From NCBI GenBank assembly GCA_965223155.1, contig CBDCVR010000013.1, forward strand, positions 160,001 to 224,000: 64,000 bases of DNA, written 5' to 3'. Shown here piece after piece: positions 53,649-62,827 of the stretch. Positions within the stretch are counted from its first letter, which is position 1, and each line of letters begins with the position of its first letter. The notes below the pieces were generated by a model. It was not told the DNA's origin. It worked only from the letters and a program-made list of their open reading frames with translations, and ran no database searches. The DNA comes from Candidatus Multivoradales bacterium (GTDB lineage: Bacteria; Acidobacteriota; Thermoanaerobaculia; Multivoradales; JAHEKO01). The position numbers and the translations under genes were made by a program.

Positions 53649-54842
53649 ATGAGCGCGCGCAAGATCCTGGTCGTCGCCGGTGAGGCGTCTGGGGATCTCC
53701 ATGCTGCACGCCTGGTGGCGGCCCTCAAGCGCCTGTCTCCGGAGCCGCTGGAGTTCTTCGGTCTGGGGGCCGGCGGTCTTGCTCGCGAAGGCGTCAGGAT
53801 CATCGACGACGTAGCCAGCATCTCGGTCGTGGGGCTGACCGAGGTGCTGAAGGTCTATCCACGCGCGCGGAGCATGTTCCGTCGCGTCATCGCTCGGGCC
53901 CGGGTGGAACGGCCGGACCTGGCGGTGCTGGTGGACTTCCCGGAGTTCAACATGCGGCTTCTGCCCAAGCTCGACGGCCTCGGGATCCCGGTGGTGTACT
54001 TCATCAGCCCCCAGGTCTGGGCCTGGCGGCAAGGCCGGGTCGAGACGTTGGTCCGGCACGCGCGCAAGATGCTCGTCCTGTTCCGATTCGAGGAGCGCTT
54101 CTATTCGCAGCGGATGGACGCCGTTCACGTCGGCCATCCTTTGGTGGAAGAGGTGCCCAAGCTGGCGCAGGCGTGGGATCGAATTGAGGATTGCGGCGTG
54201 CAACCCGGGGAGCCCACGCGGGTGGCGCTTCTGCCAGGGTCGCGGCGGAGCGAGGTGCGGCGGTTGCTCGAGGTCCAGCTCGGCGCGGTCGATCGGTTGC
54301 GGGACCGGTTCGAGGTCGAGGAAACCCTGGTCGTGGCCCCGACATTGGCCGACAAGGTCTACGAGGAGGCGTTCCCGGGAGCGGCCGAGCGGCTGCGATC
54401 GGTCGCTCGGGTCCGGGGCGAGGATCGGTTCCAGGCGATCGCGCGATCGCATGTGGCGATCTGCGCTTCGGGGACGGCCACTCTGGAGGTAGGATTGCTG
54501 CGCACGCCGATGGTGGTCGTGTACCGCTTCGGTCCAGCGACCCACTTGCTCGGCCGCCTACTCGTGCGCATTCCCCATGTCAGCTTGGTCAATCTGGTGA
54601 TGGCAAGACGGATCGTTCCGGAGTTGCTCCAAGGCGGGTGCACCGCGCCAGCGGTCGCCGCCGAGGTGGCGTCGATCGTGACCGACTCCGAGCGGCGCGG
54701 ACACATGATCGAGTCCCTGGATGGCCTGCGCGCCGAGCTGGGGGAGGCGGGCGCCAGCGAGCGGGCTGCGCGCGAGATTTTGTCGCTTCTGGCCGAAGCG
54801 CAGGCGGGAAGGTCCGTGCAGGCCGCGGGAGGGGCTCAATGA
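53649..54842 (+). CDS. lpxB: Lipid-A-disaccharide synthase
   Basis: VAGEASGDLH, VDFPEFN, SPQVWAWR, VGHPL, LLPGSRRSE, SGTATLE, SLVNL. Confidence 0.95.
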   Translation: MSARKILVVAGEASGDLHAARLVAALKRLSPEPLEFFGLGAGGLAREGVRIIDDVASISVVGLTEVLKVYPRARSMFRRVIARARVERPDLAVLVDFPEFNMRLLPKLDGLGIPVVYFISPQVWAWRQGRVETLVRHARKMLVLFRFEERFYSQRMDAVHVGHPLVEEVPKLAQAWDRIEDCGVQPGEPTRVALLPGSRRSEVRRLLEVQLGAVDRLRDRFEVEETLVVAPTLADKVYEEAFPGAAERLRSVARVRGEDRFQAIARSHVAICASGTATLEVGLLRTPMVVVYRFGPATHLLGRLLVRIPHVSLVNLVMARRIVPELLQGGCTAPAVAAEVASIVTDSERRGHMIESLDGLRAELGEAGASERAAREILSLLAEAQAGRSVQAAGGAQ

Positions 54843-56677
54843 CCGTCTACGGCTTTCTGGCCCGCCACTTCGTGCGCTACTGGCCGTTTCTGCTGATCGC
54901 GCTTTTTCTCTCCGGAGTCTTCGCGCTATCGACCGGAGGCCTGGTGGCAGTCATCGAGCCGGTATTCGACGAAGTGCTACTGGCCGGAAAGGGGGACCTA
55001 GCCGCCGGTGGCGCCGAGGCAGTGACGACCGTAACCGAATCCGGGAGTGCGATCGACGGGGTGCTGAAATCGGGCTACGAACGGCTGAAGGGCGCCTTCG
55101 GGGTGACGCCGCGCACAGTCGTCTACTTCGTGCCCCTCCTGGTCGTGGGCATCTTTCTCATCCGAAGCGCCGCGGCGTTCTTGAGTAGCTACGCGCTTCA
55201 GCACATCGGTCTCGGGGTCACGACCGACATCCGCAACCGGGTCTACCGCCGCATTCTGGACCAGTCGAGCCGGTTTCACGCTCTCCACCCTTCGGGCGAG
55301 CTCACCAGCCGGATCGTAAACGACGTGAGCTTGATCCAGGTCGCGGTCTCGACGCGGGTCAAGGATCTCGTGCAGCAATCGTTGACGCTGGTGGTGCTGG
55401 CGGTTCTGCTCTTCACCAAAGACCCCAAGCTGGCGCTCTTCTGCCTGGTTCTGTTGCCGGCCGTGCTCTATCCGATCGTTCGCTTCGGCCAGGGCATGCG
55501 GCGCACCAGCCACAAGAGCCAGGAGCGCATGGCCGATCTCGCGAATCTGGTGGGCGAGGGCGCACGCGGCCACCGCGTGGTCAAGGCCTTCGGCATGGAG
55601 GACTTCGAGTACGGGCGGTTTCATACCTCCACCCGGCGTCACCTCCGAGTGAACCTGTGGGCGAGCGCCCTGGATGCCCTGTCCAGCCCGGTGATCGAGA
55701 CCGTTAGCGTTTTCGGCATGTGCGGGCTCCTGATCTACGCGGGCATCCAGATTCGGGACTCCGCCATGACCTCCGCCGGCTTCATTGCCTTTCTGGTGAA
55801 CCTGGTCTGGATGTACGAGCCGATCCGTAAGTTGAACCGAGTCAATCTGGTCATTCAGCAATCGCTGGCCGCCGCCCGGCGGGTCAAGCACCTCTTGGAG
55901 CTGCCCATCGAGATCGCCAACCGGCCCAACGCCCAGGCGATCAGCACGGTGGACGCCGACATCGTCTTCGAGAACGTGTCGTTCGCCTACACCGAGCAAG
56001 TGGTTCTGCGCGGGGTGCAGCTCCGCATTCACCAAGGAGAGGTTGTTGCCTTGGTCGGGCCCTCGGGAGCGGGCAAGAGCACCCTGGTCAACCTGCTGCC
56101 CAGATTCTTCGATCCCGACTCGGGCTGCGTTCGGATCGACGGCATCGACATCCGCGATTTCACCTTGGACAGCCTGCGCGCCCTCATCGGTCTGGTGACC
56201 CAGGACACGGTGCTCTTCAACGACACCATCCGCAACAACATCGCCTATGGCCAGGCGGACGTGGCCATGGAGCGCATTCGGGAGTCCGCGGCGGCCGCCT
56301 ACGCCGACGAGTTCATCATGCGCTTGCCGCAGGGATACGACACCGTTATCGGCGAGTCCGGGCTGCATCTCTCGGGCGGCCAGCGCCAGCGCCTGGCGAT
56401 CGCGAGGGCGCTGCTCAAGGACGCGCCGATCCTGATCCTGGACGAGGCGACCTCTCAGCTAGATGCCGAATCCGAGGCGGTCGTCCAGAAGGCGCTCACC
56501 AATCTGATGGAAGGCCGGACGACCCTGGTGATCGCCCACCGGCTGGCGACCGTGCAGATCGCGGACCGGATTGTGGTGCTCGAGGCAGGGCGTGTGATCG
56601 AGGAGGGCGGGCACCAGGAGCTGATGGCCGGCAACGGCACCTACAAGCGCCTCTACGATCTCCAGTTTCAGGAATGA
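54839..56677 (+). CDS. msbA: MsbA-like lipid A export ABC transporter (TMD plus NBD)
   Basis: ATG overlaps the lpxB stop (ATGA); TM domain; GPSGAGKST, LSGGQRQR, ILDEATS, IAHRL. Confidence 0.85.
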   Translation: MTVYGFLARHFVRYWPFLLIALFLSGVFALSTGGLVAVIEPVFDEVLLAGKGDLAAGGAEAVTTVTESGSAIDGVLKSGYERLKGAFGVTPRTVVYFVPLLVVGIFLIRSAAAFLSSYALQHIGLGVTTDIRNRVYRRILDQSSRFHALHPSGELTSRIVNDVSLIQVAVSTRVKDLVQQSLTLVVLAVLLFTKDPKLALFCLVLLPAVLYPIVRFGQGMRRTSHKSQERMADLANLVGEGARGHRVVKAFGMEDFEYGRFHTSTRRHLRVNLWASALDALSSPVIETVSVFGMCGLLIYAGIQIRDSAMTSAGFIAFLVNLVWMYEPIRKLNRVNLVIQQSLAAARRVKHLLELPIEIANRPNAQAISTVDADIVFENVSFAYTEQVVLRGVQLRIHQGEVVALVGPSGAGKSTLVNLLPRFFDPDSGCVRIDGIDIRDFTLDSLRALIGLVTQDTVLFNDTIRNNIAYGQADVAMERIRESAAAAYADEFIMRLPQGYDTVIGESGLHLSGGQRQRLAIARALLKDAPILILDEATSQLDAESEAVVQKALTNLMEGRTTLVIAHRLATVQIADRIVVLEAGRVIEEGGHQELMAGNGTYKRLYDLQFQE

Positions 56678-56728
56678 TCGAATCCGGCGCCGGGCCGGCC
56701 CCGGAGACTCGAGGGTGGGAGGACGAGC

Positions 56729-57610
56729 ATGCGTAGCATGACCGGCTACGGCGAAGGTACGGCCGCCTGCGAACGGCTCGAAGTGACCGCGACCCTCCGG
56801 ACCGTGAACCATCGGTTTCGCGACGTCGCGGTGAAGATGCCCGAGGACTTCCGCGCCCTGGAGCCCAAGGTCGCCGAAGCCATCGCGGCCGGCGTGCACC
56901 GGGGGCGGGTCGAGGCGCGGATCGAGGTGCGCGCCCTGGTCGAGCCCGAAGTGCGCGTCGACGTCCGGCGGGAGGTGGCCAGGTCGTACCTGGCCGCGGC
57001 CGGGGAGCTCGGCCGTGAGCTGGAGGCACCGGGACGGATGGGGGTAGTGGACCTGCTCCGGCTGCCGGAAGTCACCAGGATCGAGGTCGGTGCGGAGGCC
57101 GCGGACGAAGAAGTTGCTCGGGCATTTGGCGAGGCCGTGGAGCAGGCGGTCCTTACGCTCAACCAAACTCGTGCCGCCGAGGGCCAGCGCATGATTGAGT
57201 CGATTCGGGGAATCGTGGCGGAGCTCGAGTCGGTCGTGGCCGCCGTCGTCACGGACTCGGTGCGGGCCCGGGAGGGGATGGAGGTTCGTCTGCGCGAGCG
57301 GCTGGCCGAGCTCCTCGAGGAGCCCTCCGCGGTGGGCGAGGATCGTCTGGCCCAGGAAGTGGCGATTCTGGTGGACAAGGCGGATGTGCGCGAAGAGGTC
57401 GAGCGACTGCAAGCCCACCTCGAAGGCACTCTCGACGCGGTCACTGGCGACGGCCCTCACGGTAAGCGGCTGGATTTTCTGGTGCAGGAGCTGCTGCGCG
57501 AGTTGAACACGATCGGATCCAAGTGCCGGGACGCGGCCGTCGCGAAGCTGGTGATCGAGGGCAAGCTCCTGACCGAGCAACTGCGCGAACAGGCCCAGAA
57601 CGTGGAGTGA
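56729..57610 (+). CDS. yicC: YicC/YloC family endoribonuclease
   Basis: MRSMTGYG, RTVNHR, GKRLDFLVQEL.RELNTIGSK, EQLREQAQNVE. Confidence 0.93.
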   Translation: MRSMTGYGEGTAACERLEVTATLRTVNHRFRDVAVKMPEDFRALEPKVAEAIAAGVHRGRVEARIEVRALVEPEVRVDVRREVARSYLAAAGELGRELEAPGRMGVVDLLRLPEVTRIEVGAEAADEEVARAFGEAVEQAVLTLNQTRAAEGQRMIESIRGIVAELESVVAAVVTDSVRAREGMEVRLRERLAELLEEPSAVGEDRLAQEVAILVDKADVREEVERLQAHLEGTLDAVTGDGPHGKRLDFLVQELLRELNTIGSKCRDAAVAKLVIEGKLLTEQLREQAQNVE

Positions 57611-57615
57611 GCGCG

Positions 57616-58260
57616 ATGACCGCCCCGGGAACCCTGCTCATCATCTCGGCGCCCTCGGGAGCCGGTAAGACGACGCTCATCCGGGAGGCCATGGCCTCGA
57701 CCGGTACGGCGCTGCCGGGAATCGAGTTCTCGGTAAGCCACACCACGCGGCCCCGGCGTCCGGGAGAGGTGGACGGTCGCGACTATCACTTCGTCGATGA
57801 GCCCACGTTTCGGGCCATGATCGAGCGGGACGCCTTTCTGGAGTGGGCGGAGGTCTACGGGCAGCTCAAGGGAACGTCCACGGCAGCCGTGCTACCGAAG
57901 CTGGAGCGAGGAATCGACGTGATTCTGGACATCGACGTCCAGGGCGCGCGGCAAGTGCTGGATCGGTATCCGGAGGCTATCGGAGTGTTGATTTTGCCGC
58001 CCAGCTTCGTCGAGCTGGAGCGCCGTCTGGAGGCTCGAGGAGCCGACGATGCCGAGCAGGTTCGGCGCCGGCTGGAGCTCTCCCTGGCCCAGATCGAGCG
58101 TTATGAACTCTATCGATATGCTATATTCAATGAGGACTTAGAGCGTGCGAAGGAGACCTTGCGCGCCATCCTGATCGCCATTAGACATCGCCGGGAGAGG
58201 CAGCACGATCGGCTCGAGTCGATTCTCGAAGATTTTCGTGTCTCCCTGGACAAGGAGTAG
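57616..58260 (+). CDS. gmk: Guanylate kinase
   Basis: ISAPSGAGKTT, SVSHTTRPRRPGEVDGRDYHFV, LDIDVQGA. Confidence 0.96.
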   Translation: MTAPGTLLIISAPSGAGKTTLIREAMASTGTALPGIEFSVSHTTRPRRPGEVDGRDYHFVDEPTFRAMIERDAFLEWAEVYGQLKGTSTAAVLPKLERGIDVILDIDVQGARQVLDRYPEAIGVLILPPSFVELERRLEARGADDAEQVRRRLELSLAQIERYELYRYAIFNEDLERAKETLRAILIAIRHRRERQHDRLESILEDFRVSLDKE

Positions 58261-58262
58261 TC

Positions 58263-58508
58263 GTGCGAAACTATCCCGACAAGATTGATAGCAAGTTCCG
58301 CTTCGTGCTGCTGTCGGCGGCTCGCGCCGAGCAGATGATGCAGGGCGGACGGCCGAAACCCGAGATCGCGGCGCAGCTCGAAGGCCGCAAGTTGAGCCGA
58401 ATCGCCATGGACGAGGTCGCCGGCGACCTGATCACCTGGGACTACGGTCCCGCGCCCGAGCCCGAGGTCGAAGCGGAAGGCGACGAAGCGGCCGGCGACG
58501 AGAGCTGA
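58263..58508 (+). CDS. rpoZ: RNA polymerase omega subunit
   Basis: IDSKFRFVLLSAARAEQM...K...IAMDEV, in the gmk-rpoZ-coaBC context. Confidence 0.9.
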   Translation: MRNYPDKIDSKFRFVLLSAARAEQMMQGGRPKPEIAAQLEGRKLSRIAMDEVAGDLITWDYGPAPEPEVEAEGDEAAGDES

Positions 58509-58554
58509 AACGCCGCCTAGAGGCGTTCCACGGCGAATTCCGGCAAGGGCACAC

Positions 58555-59802
58555 ATGGCGTCGCCGCCCCGAATTCTTCTCGGAGTAACCGGCGGCATCG
58601 CGGCCTGCAAGGCGCCCTTCGTGGTGCGCGCGCTCACTGAGCGGGGCTGCGAGGTGCGCTGCGCCCTGACCCGGGCCGGAGGGTCGTTTGTGGCTCCGCT
58701 GGCGCTGGAGGTACTCTCCGGGGCGGCGCTCTTCGATGCGAGCTATCTGGCCCCGGGCACTGCGGGCCGGGAGCTCCACATCGACGCGGCCCGCTGGGCG
58801 GACGTCGTGTGCGTGGCGCCGGCGACGGCGAACTTCCTGGGAAAGCTGGCACGCGGGCTCGCCGACGACTTCCTGTCAACCATGCTGCTGGCGTTCGAGG
58901 GGCCGGTGCTGGTCGCGCCTGCCATGCACGAGACGATGTGGCGCCAGGAGTCGGTCCAAGGCAATCTGGCGACACTGGAGACCCGCGGCGTCCAGACGAT
59001 CGGTCCCGAAACCGGCCGCCTGGCGTCGGGAGAGTGGGGTGTCGGGCGGATGAGTGAGCCGGAGACGATCGCCGCGGCCGTGCTCGAGCGCTTCGCCGAC
59101 GCTCGGCGGCTGGCCGGCAAGCGAGTTCTGGTCTCGGCAGGCCCGACCCGAGAGGCGCTCGACCCGGTGCGCTTCCTGTCGAATCCCTCCTCGGGGCGGA
59201 TGGGCTTTGCCATGGCGGCGGCTTGCGCCGAGTTGGGAGCCGACGTCACTGTGGTCGCCGGACCGACCGAATTGCCGGTGCGTGGCCGGGTGCGCCGGAT
59301 CGACGTGGTGACCGCCGCCGAGATGGGGGAGGCCATGGCGCGCGAGTCGGCCGGGGTGGATTGCATCATCATGGCCGCCGCCGTGGCGGACTACCGGCCG
59401 CGAGCGGTGGCGGTGCAAAAGATCAAGAAGACCGACGCCGGGCTCGAAATCCAACTCGAGCGCACCGAGGACATCCTGTCCGGTCTTCGCGATCTGGCCC
59501 CGGAGGCGGTTCTGGTGGGCTTCGCCGCCGAGACCGAAGCGCTACTGCAGCGAGCCCGGGAGAAGCTCGAACGAAAGCGCCTGGACTTCATCGTTGCCAA
59601 CGACGTGGCGCGTTCGGACAGCGGTTTCGCGAGCTCGGAGAATGAGGTGACGCTATTGGCTCGCGACGGCGAGTCGGTGGCCTGGCCCAAGATGGACAAG
59701 CGGGTGCTGGCCCGGCTTCTGGTCCGGCAAGTCGCCGAGCGGGTCGCGGATTCGGCACCGGCTACCGAGGAAGGAGGGGACGTTGTCCGACTCCCTGGCT
59801 GA
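58555..59802 (+). CDS. coaBC: Bifunctional phosphopantothenoylcysteine decarboxylase/ligase
   Basis: LGVTGGIAA.K, APATAN, APAM..MW, SAGPTRE.LDPVRF.SN.SSG.MG, VGFAAET. Confidence 0.96.
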   Translation: MASPPRILLGVTGGIAACKAPFVVRALTERGCEVRCALTRAGGSFVAPLALEVLSGAALFDASYLAPGTAGRELHIDAARWADVVCVAPATANFLGKLARGLADDFLSTMLLAFEGPVLVAPAMHETMWRQESVQGNLATLETRGVQTIGPETGRLASGEWGVGRMSEPETIAAAVLERFADARRLAGKRVLVSAGPTREALDPVRFLSNPSSGRMGFAMAAACAELGADVTVVAGPTELPVRGRVRRIDVVTAAEMGEAMARESAGVDCIIMAAAVADYRPRAVAVQKIKKTDAGLEIQLERTEDILSGLRDLAPEAVLVGFAAETEALLQRAREKLERKRLDFIVANDVARSDSGFASSENEVTLLARDGESVAWPKMDKRVLARLLVRQVAERVADSAPATEEGGDVVRLPG

Positions 59803-60487
59803 CGCGCTGGCCTACCTCCGAGACCTGGGTTTCGAGGAGGTGCGTGCGGCGGCGGTCGGTACGCAGTCCTCCGGAAGCGGACCGACAGACGACCCCGCGA
59901 TGGCCGAGGACGCCGCCGAGCGCGAACGGACTCTGGCCCAGGTCGCAGAAGAAGCGGACCGGTGCGAAGCCTGCCGGCTGGCGTCCGGCCGGCAGAACGT
60001 CGTCTTCGGATCGGGCAATCCGAACGCCGATCTCATGTTCATCGGCGAGGGTCCGGGCGCGGCCGAGGACCGGCAGGGACTGCCCTTCGTGGGGCCGGCG
60101 GGGGAGCTTCTGACCAAGATCATCCAAGCCATTGATCTCGACCGGCAGGACGTCTACATCGCCAACGTGGTCAAGTGCCGGCCGCCGGGGAATCGGGACC
60201 CGCAGCCCGACGAGTCGGCCGCTTGCCGTACGTTTCTGGACCGCCAAGTCGCCCTGATCCGTCCGAAGCTGATCGTTGCCTTGGGCCGCGTGGCGGCCCA
60301 GAACCTCCTCGAGACCGGCTCGCCCCTGGGCCGGCTGCGGGGCAGCTGGCACGAGTTCTCGGGGGTGCCGCTGCGGGCCACGTACCATCCCGCCGCGCTG
60401 CTTCGGAACGTGTCCTTCAAGCGTCCGACCTGGGAGGACATGCAGGTCGTGCGCGACCGCCTGGCCGAGCTCACCGCCGGGGGCTGA
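59783..60487 (+). CDS. Family 4 uracil-DNA glycosylase (Fe-S)
   Basis: CEAC, GEGPG, PFVG.AG, NVVKCRPPGNR, TYHPAALLR. Confidence 0.92.
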   Translation: MSDSLADALAYLRDLGFEEVRAAAVGTQSSGSGPTDDPAMAEDAAERERTLAQVAEEADRCEACRLASGRQNVVFGSGNPNADLMFIGEGPGAAEDRQGLPFVGPAGELLTKIIQAIDLDRQDVYIANVVKCRPPGNRDPQPDESAACRTFLDRQVALIRPKLIVALGRVAAQNLLETGSPLGRLRGSWHEFSGVPLRATYHPAALLRNVSFKRPTWEDMQVVRDRLAELTAGG

Positions 60488-60531
60488 GCGGCCTTCTTCG
60501 CCAAGCCCAGACTGGTACTATTCGACGATCC

Positions 60532-61542
60532 ATGTCCGCCGAACCGCAGACACTCCCGGCGTCCGACCGGCCGAACGCCATGGCTCGAGATGCGCGCACG
60601 GAAGCGCCGGTCGACGTCAGCGTGCTGGTCCCTGTGCTCAATGAAGAGGGCTCGGTACTCGAGTTGGCGGAACGGGTGGCGCGGGTGCTCGAGGACCTGG
60701 GCCGGACCTACGAGATCGTGTTTATCGACGATGGGTCCGTGGATCGAACCGTGGCTCGGGTGCGAGACGCCCATGCCGCCAACCGGCGCGTGCGGCTAGT
60801 GCGTCTGCGCGGCAATTTCGGCAAGGCGGCGGCTATCTCGGCGGGCGTGGAAGCGTCCCGCGGAGCGATTCTGATCACCATGGATGGCGACCTTCAGGAC
60901 GTACCGGAGGAGATCCCCAACTTCCTGCACAAGCTCGAGGACGAGGAGCTGGACCTGGTCTCGGGCTGGAAGCGTGATCGTAAGGATCCGGTCTCGAAGC
61001 GCTGGCCTTCGAAGCTCTTCAATTGGGCGACCCGCAAGATGGCCGGCGTCGACTTGAACGACTTCAACTGCGGGTTCAAGGCCTACCGCCGCGAGGTGCT
61101 GGACCAAATCGCCCTCTACGGCGAGCTGCATCGCTACATTCCGGTGCTCGCGAGCCGCCGAGGCTTCCGCATCGGGGAGCTGCCCGTCAAGCACCACCCG
61201 CGCCGCCACGGTGTCAGCAAGTACGGCTGGGATCGGTTCTACAAGGGCTTGCTGGATCTCATCACCGTGCTTTTCATCACCAAGTACACGCGCCGTCCGC
61301 TGCATCTGTTCGGGGCCTTCGGTTTGATCGCGCTGGTGACCGGCTTCGCGATCAATTTCTACCTGCTGCTTCAGTGGTGGCTGAACGACGAGTACCTCTC
61401 CCAGCGGCCTCTTCTTCTGCTGGGAGTGCTGCTGATGCTTCTCGGAATTCAGGTACTGACGACAGGGCTGATCGGCGAGATGATCACCTTCAAGAATTTC
61501 GATCGTTCGGACTCCTATTCGGTCAAGGAAACCCTGGGTTGA
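60532..61542 (+). CDS. GT2 polyprenol-phosphate glycosyltransferase (ArnC/GtrB-like)
   Basis: VPVLNEE, DDGS, NFGKAAA, MDGDLQD, DFNCGFK, ELHRYIP and two C-terminal TM helices. Confidence 0.9.
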   Translation: MSAEPQTLPASDRPNAMARDARTEAPVDVSVLVPVLNEEGSVLELAERVARVLEDLGRTYEIVFIDDGSVDRTVARVRDAHAANRRVRLVRLRGNFGKAAAISAGVEASRGAILITMDGDLQDVPEEIPNFLHKLEDEELDLVSGWKRDRKDPVSKRWPSKLFNWATRKMAGVDLNDFNCGFKAYRREVLDQIALYGELHRYIPVLASRRGFRIGELPVKHHPRRHGVSKYGWDRFYKGLLDLITVLFITKYTRRPLHLFGAFGLIALVTGFAINFYLLLQWWLNDEYLSQRPLLLLGVLLMLLGIQVLTTGLIGEMITFKNFDRSDSYSVKETLG

Positions 61543-62798
61543 ACGGACCGCTCGAGGTCCTGTTCCTCACCCAGACCTTTCCCCGCTTTCCCGACGACAC
61601 CGCCGGCCCATTCATTCGCGACCTGGCGCGGGGCCTGGTTCGGCGGGGTGACGCGGTGACCGTGCTGACGCCGCACGCCGAGGACGTGCCCGAGCGTTGG
61701 CAAGTCGATGGCGTGGAGGTCCAGAGCTTCCGCTACGCTCCCGAACGACTCGAGGTGATCGGCTACGGCCGGAGCTTGGATCGCGACGAGTCGATTCGGC
61801 CGGCTGCGGCGCTGGCGACCCCGCTCTTCGTCGCGGGGGCGCGGCGGGCGCTGCGGCGGGCGCTCCGGAGCCGGCGGTTCGATCTGGTGCACGCACACTG
61901 GGTGGTTCCCAACGTCCTGGTGGCGGCGCCGGTCGTGGGCGGCGTCCCGCTCGGCGTGGGGCTCCACGGCAGCGACGTCTTCCAGGCCGAGCGCCCGGTC
62001 CTGCGGACTCTGACCCGGCGCGCTCTGGGTGGCGCCGCATTTCTGACCGGCTGTTCGCCCGAGCTCGTGGACCGGGTATGCGCGCTGGGGTTCCCGCGCG
62101 AGCTGGCGGCGGTGATTCCGTACGGGGTGGACGTCGAGATCTTCGCTCCAGCCGGTGCCGATGAGGCGAAGCGGCACCGGGCGGCGGCCTGGCGCCAGGA
62201 GCTGGGCGTGCCCGAGGACGCTCCGATGATCTTGAGCGTCGGCCGGATGGTCTCGAAGAAGGGGTACGACGTTCTTCTGGAGGCCCTCCCTGAGATCCTG
62301 TCGGCGCTGCCCGAGGCGCATGTGGTGCTGGCCGGCGCCGGGGATCTTCTGGAGCCGCTGCGGCGGCAGGGTACCGAGTTCTCGGGCCGCCTTCACTTGC
62401 CCGGAATCGTCTTGCGGGACCGGTTGCCGGATCTCTACCGGGCGGCGGATTGTTTCGTCCTGCCCGCGGTTCATGACGACCGCGGCAACGTCGATGGGTT
62501 GCCCAACGTGATCCTCGAGGCGATGGCGTCAGGACTGCCGGTGGTGGCCTCCGAGATCTCTGGGATACCGCTGGCGGTGATCGACGGGATCAACGGCCGG
62601 CTGGTTCCGGAGCGCGAGCCGAAGGCGCTGTCGGTGGCGCTCGCCGAGGTCGCGGCGGAGCCGGATCGCGTGCGGCGCATGGGCGAGGCGGCTCGGAAGC
62701 GTGCTGCGGCCGAGCTGACCTGGGACGTGGTGGCCGGCCGCTACCGGGAGGCGTATGTGGCCGGCTTGGATCGGGCCGCTAGCCGTTCGGCGCGCTAA
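61539..62798 (+). CDS. GT4 family glycosyltransferase
   Basis: TTG overlaps the previous stop; VHAHW, HGSD, VGRMVSKKG, DGLPNVILEAMASGLPVVAS. Confidence 0.9.
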   Translation: MNGPLEVLFLTQTFPRFPDDTAGPFIRDLARGLVRRGDAVTVLTPHAEDVPERWQVDGVEVQSFRYAPERLEVIGYGRSLDRDESIRPAAALATPLFVAGARRALRRALRSRRFDLVHAHWVVPNVLVAAPVVGGVPLGVGLHGSDVFQAERPVLRTLTRRALGGAAFLTGCSPELVDRVCALGFPRELAAVIPYGVDVEIFAPAGADEAKRHRAAAWRQELGVPEDAPMILSVGRMVSKKGYDVLLEALPEILSALPEAHVVLAGAGDLLEPLRRQGTEFSGRLHLPGIVLRDRLPDLYRAADCFVLPAVHDDRGNVDGLPNVILEAMASGLPVVASEISGIPLAVIDGINGRLVPEREPKALSVALAEVAAEPDRVRRMGEAARKRAAAELTWDVVAGRYREAYVAGLDRAASRSAR

Positions 62799-62827
62799 CC
62801 GTTTGGGCCAGTTTGACTAGCTCGAGG

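Noticed and set aside
54191-54838. Long N-terminal extensions in the ORF track for msbA (also gmk, GT2, GT4, tnaA)
   Set aside because: They overlap upstream genes or remnants; downstream starts that abut or couple to the preceding stop codon or match family N-termini fit better.
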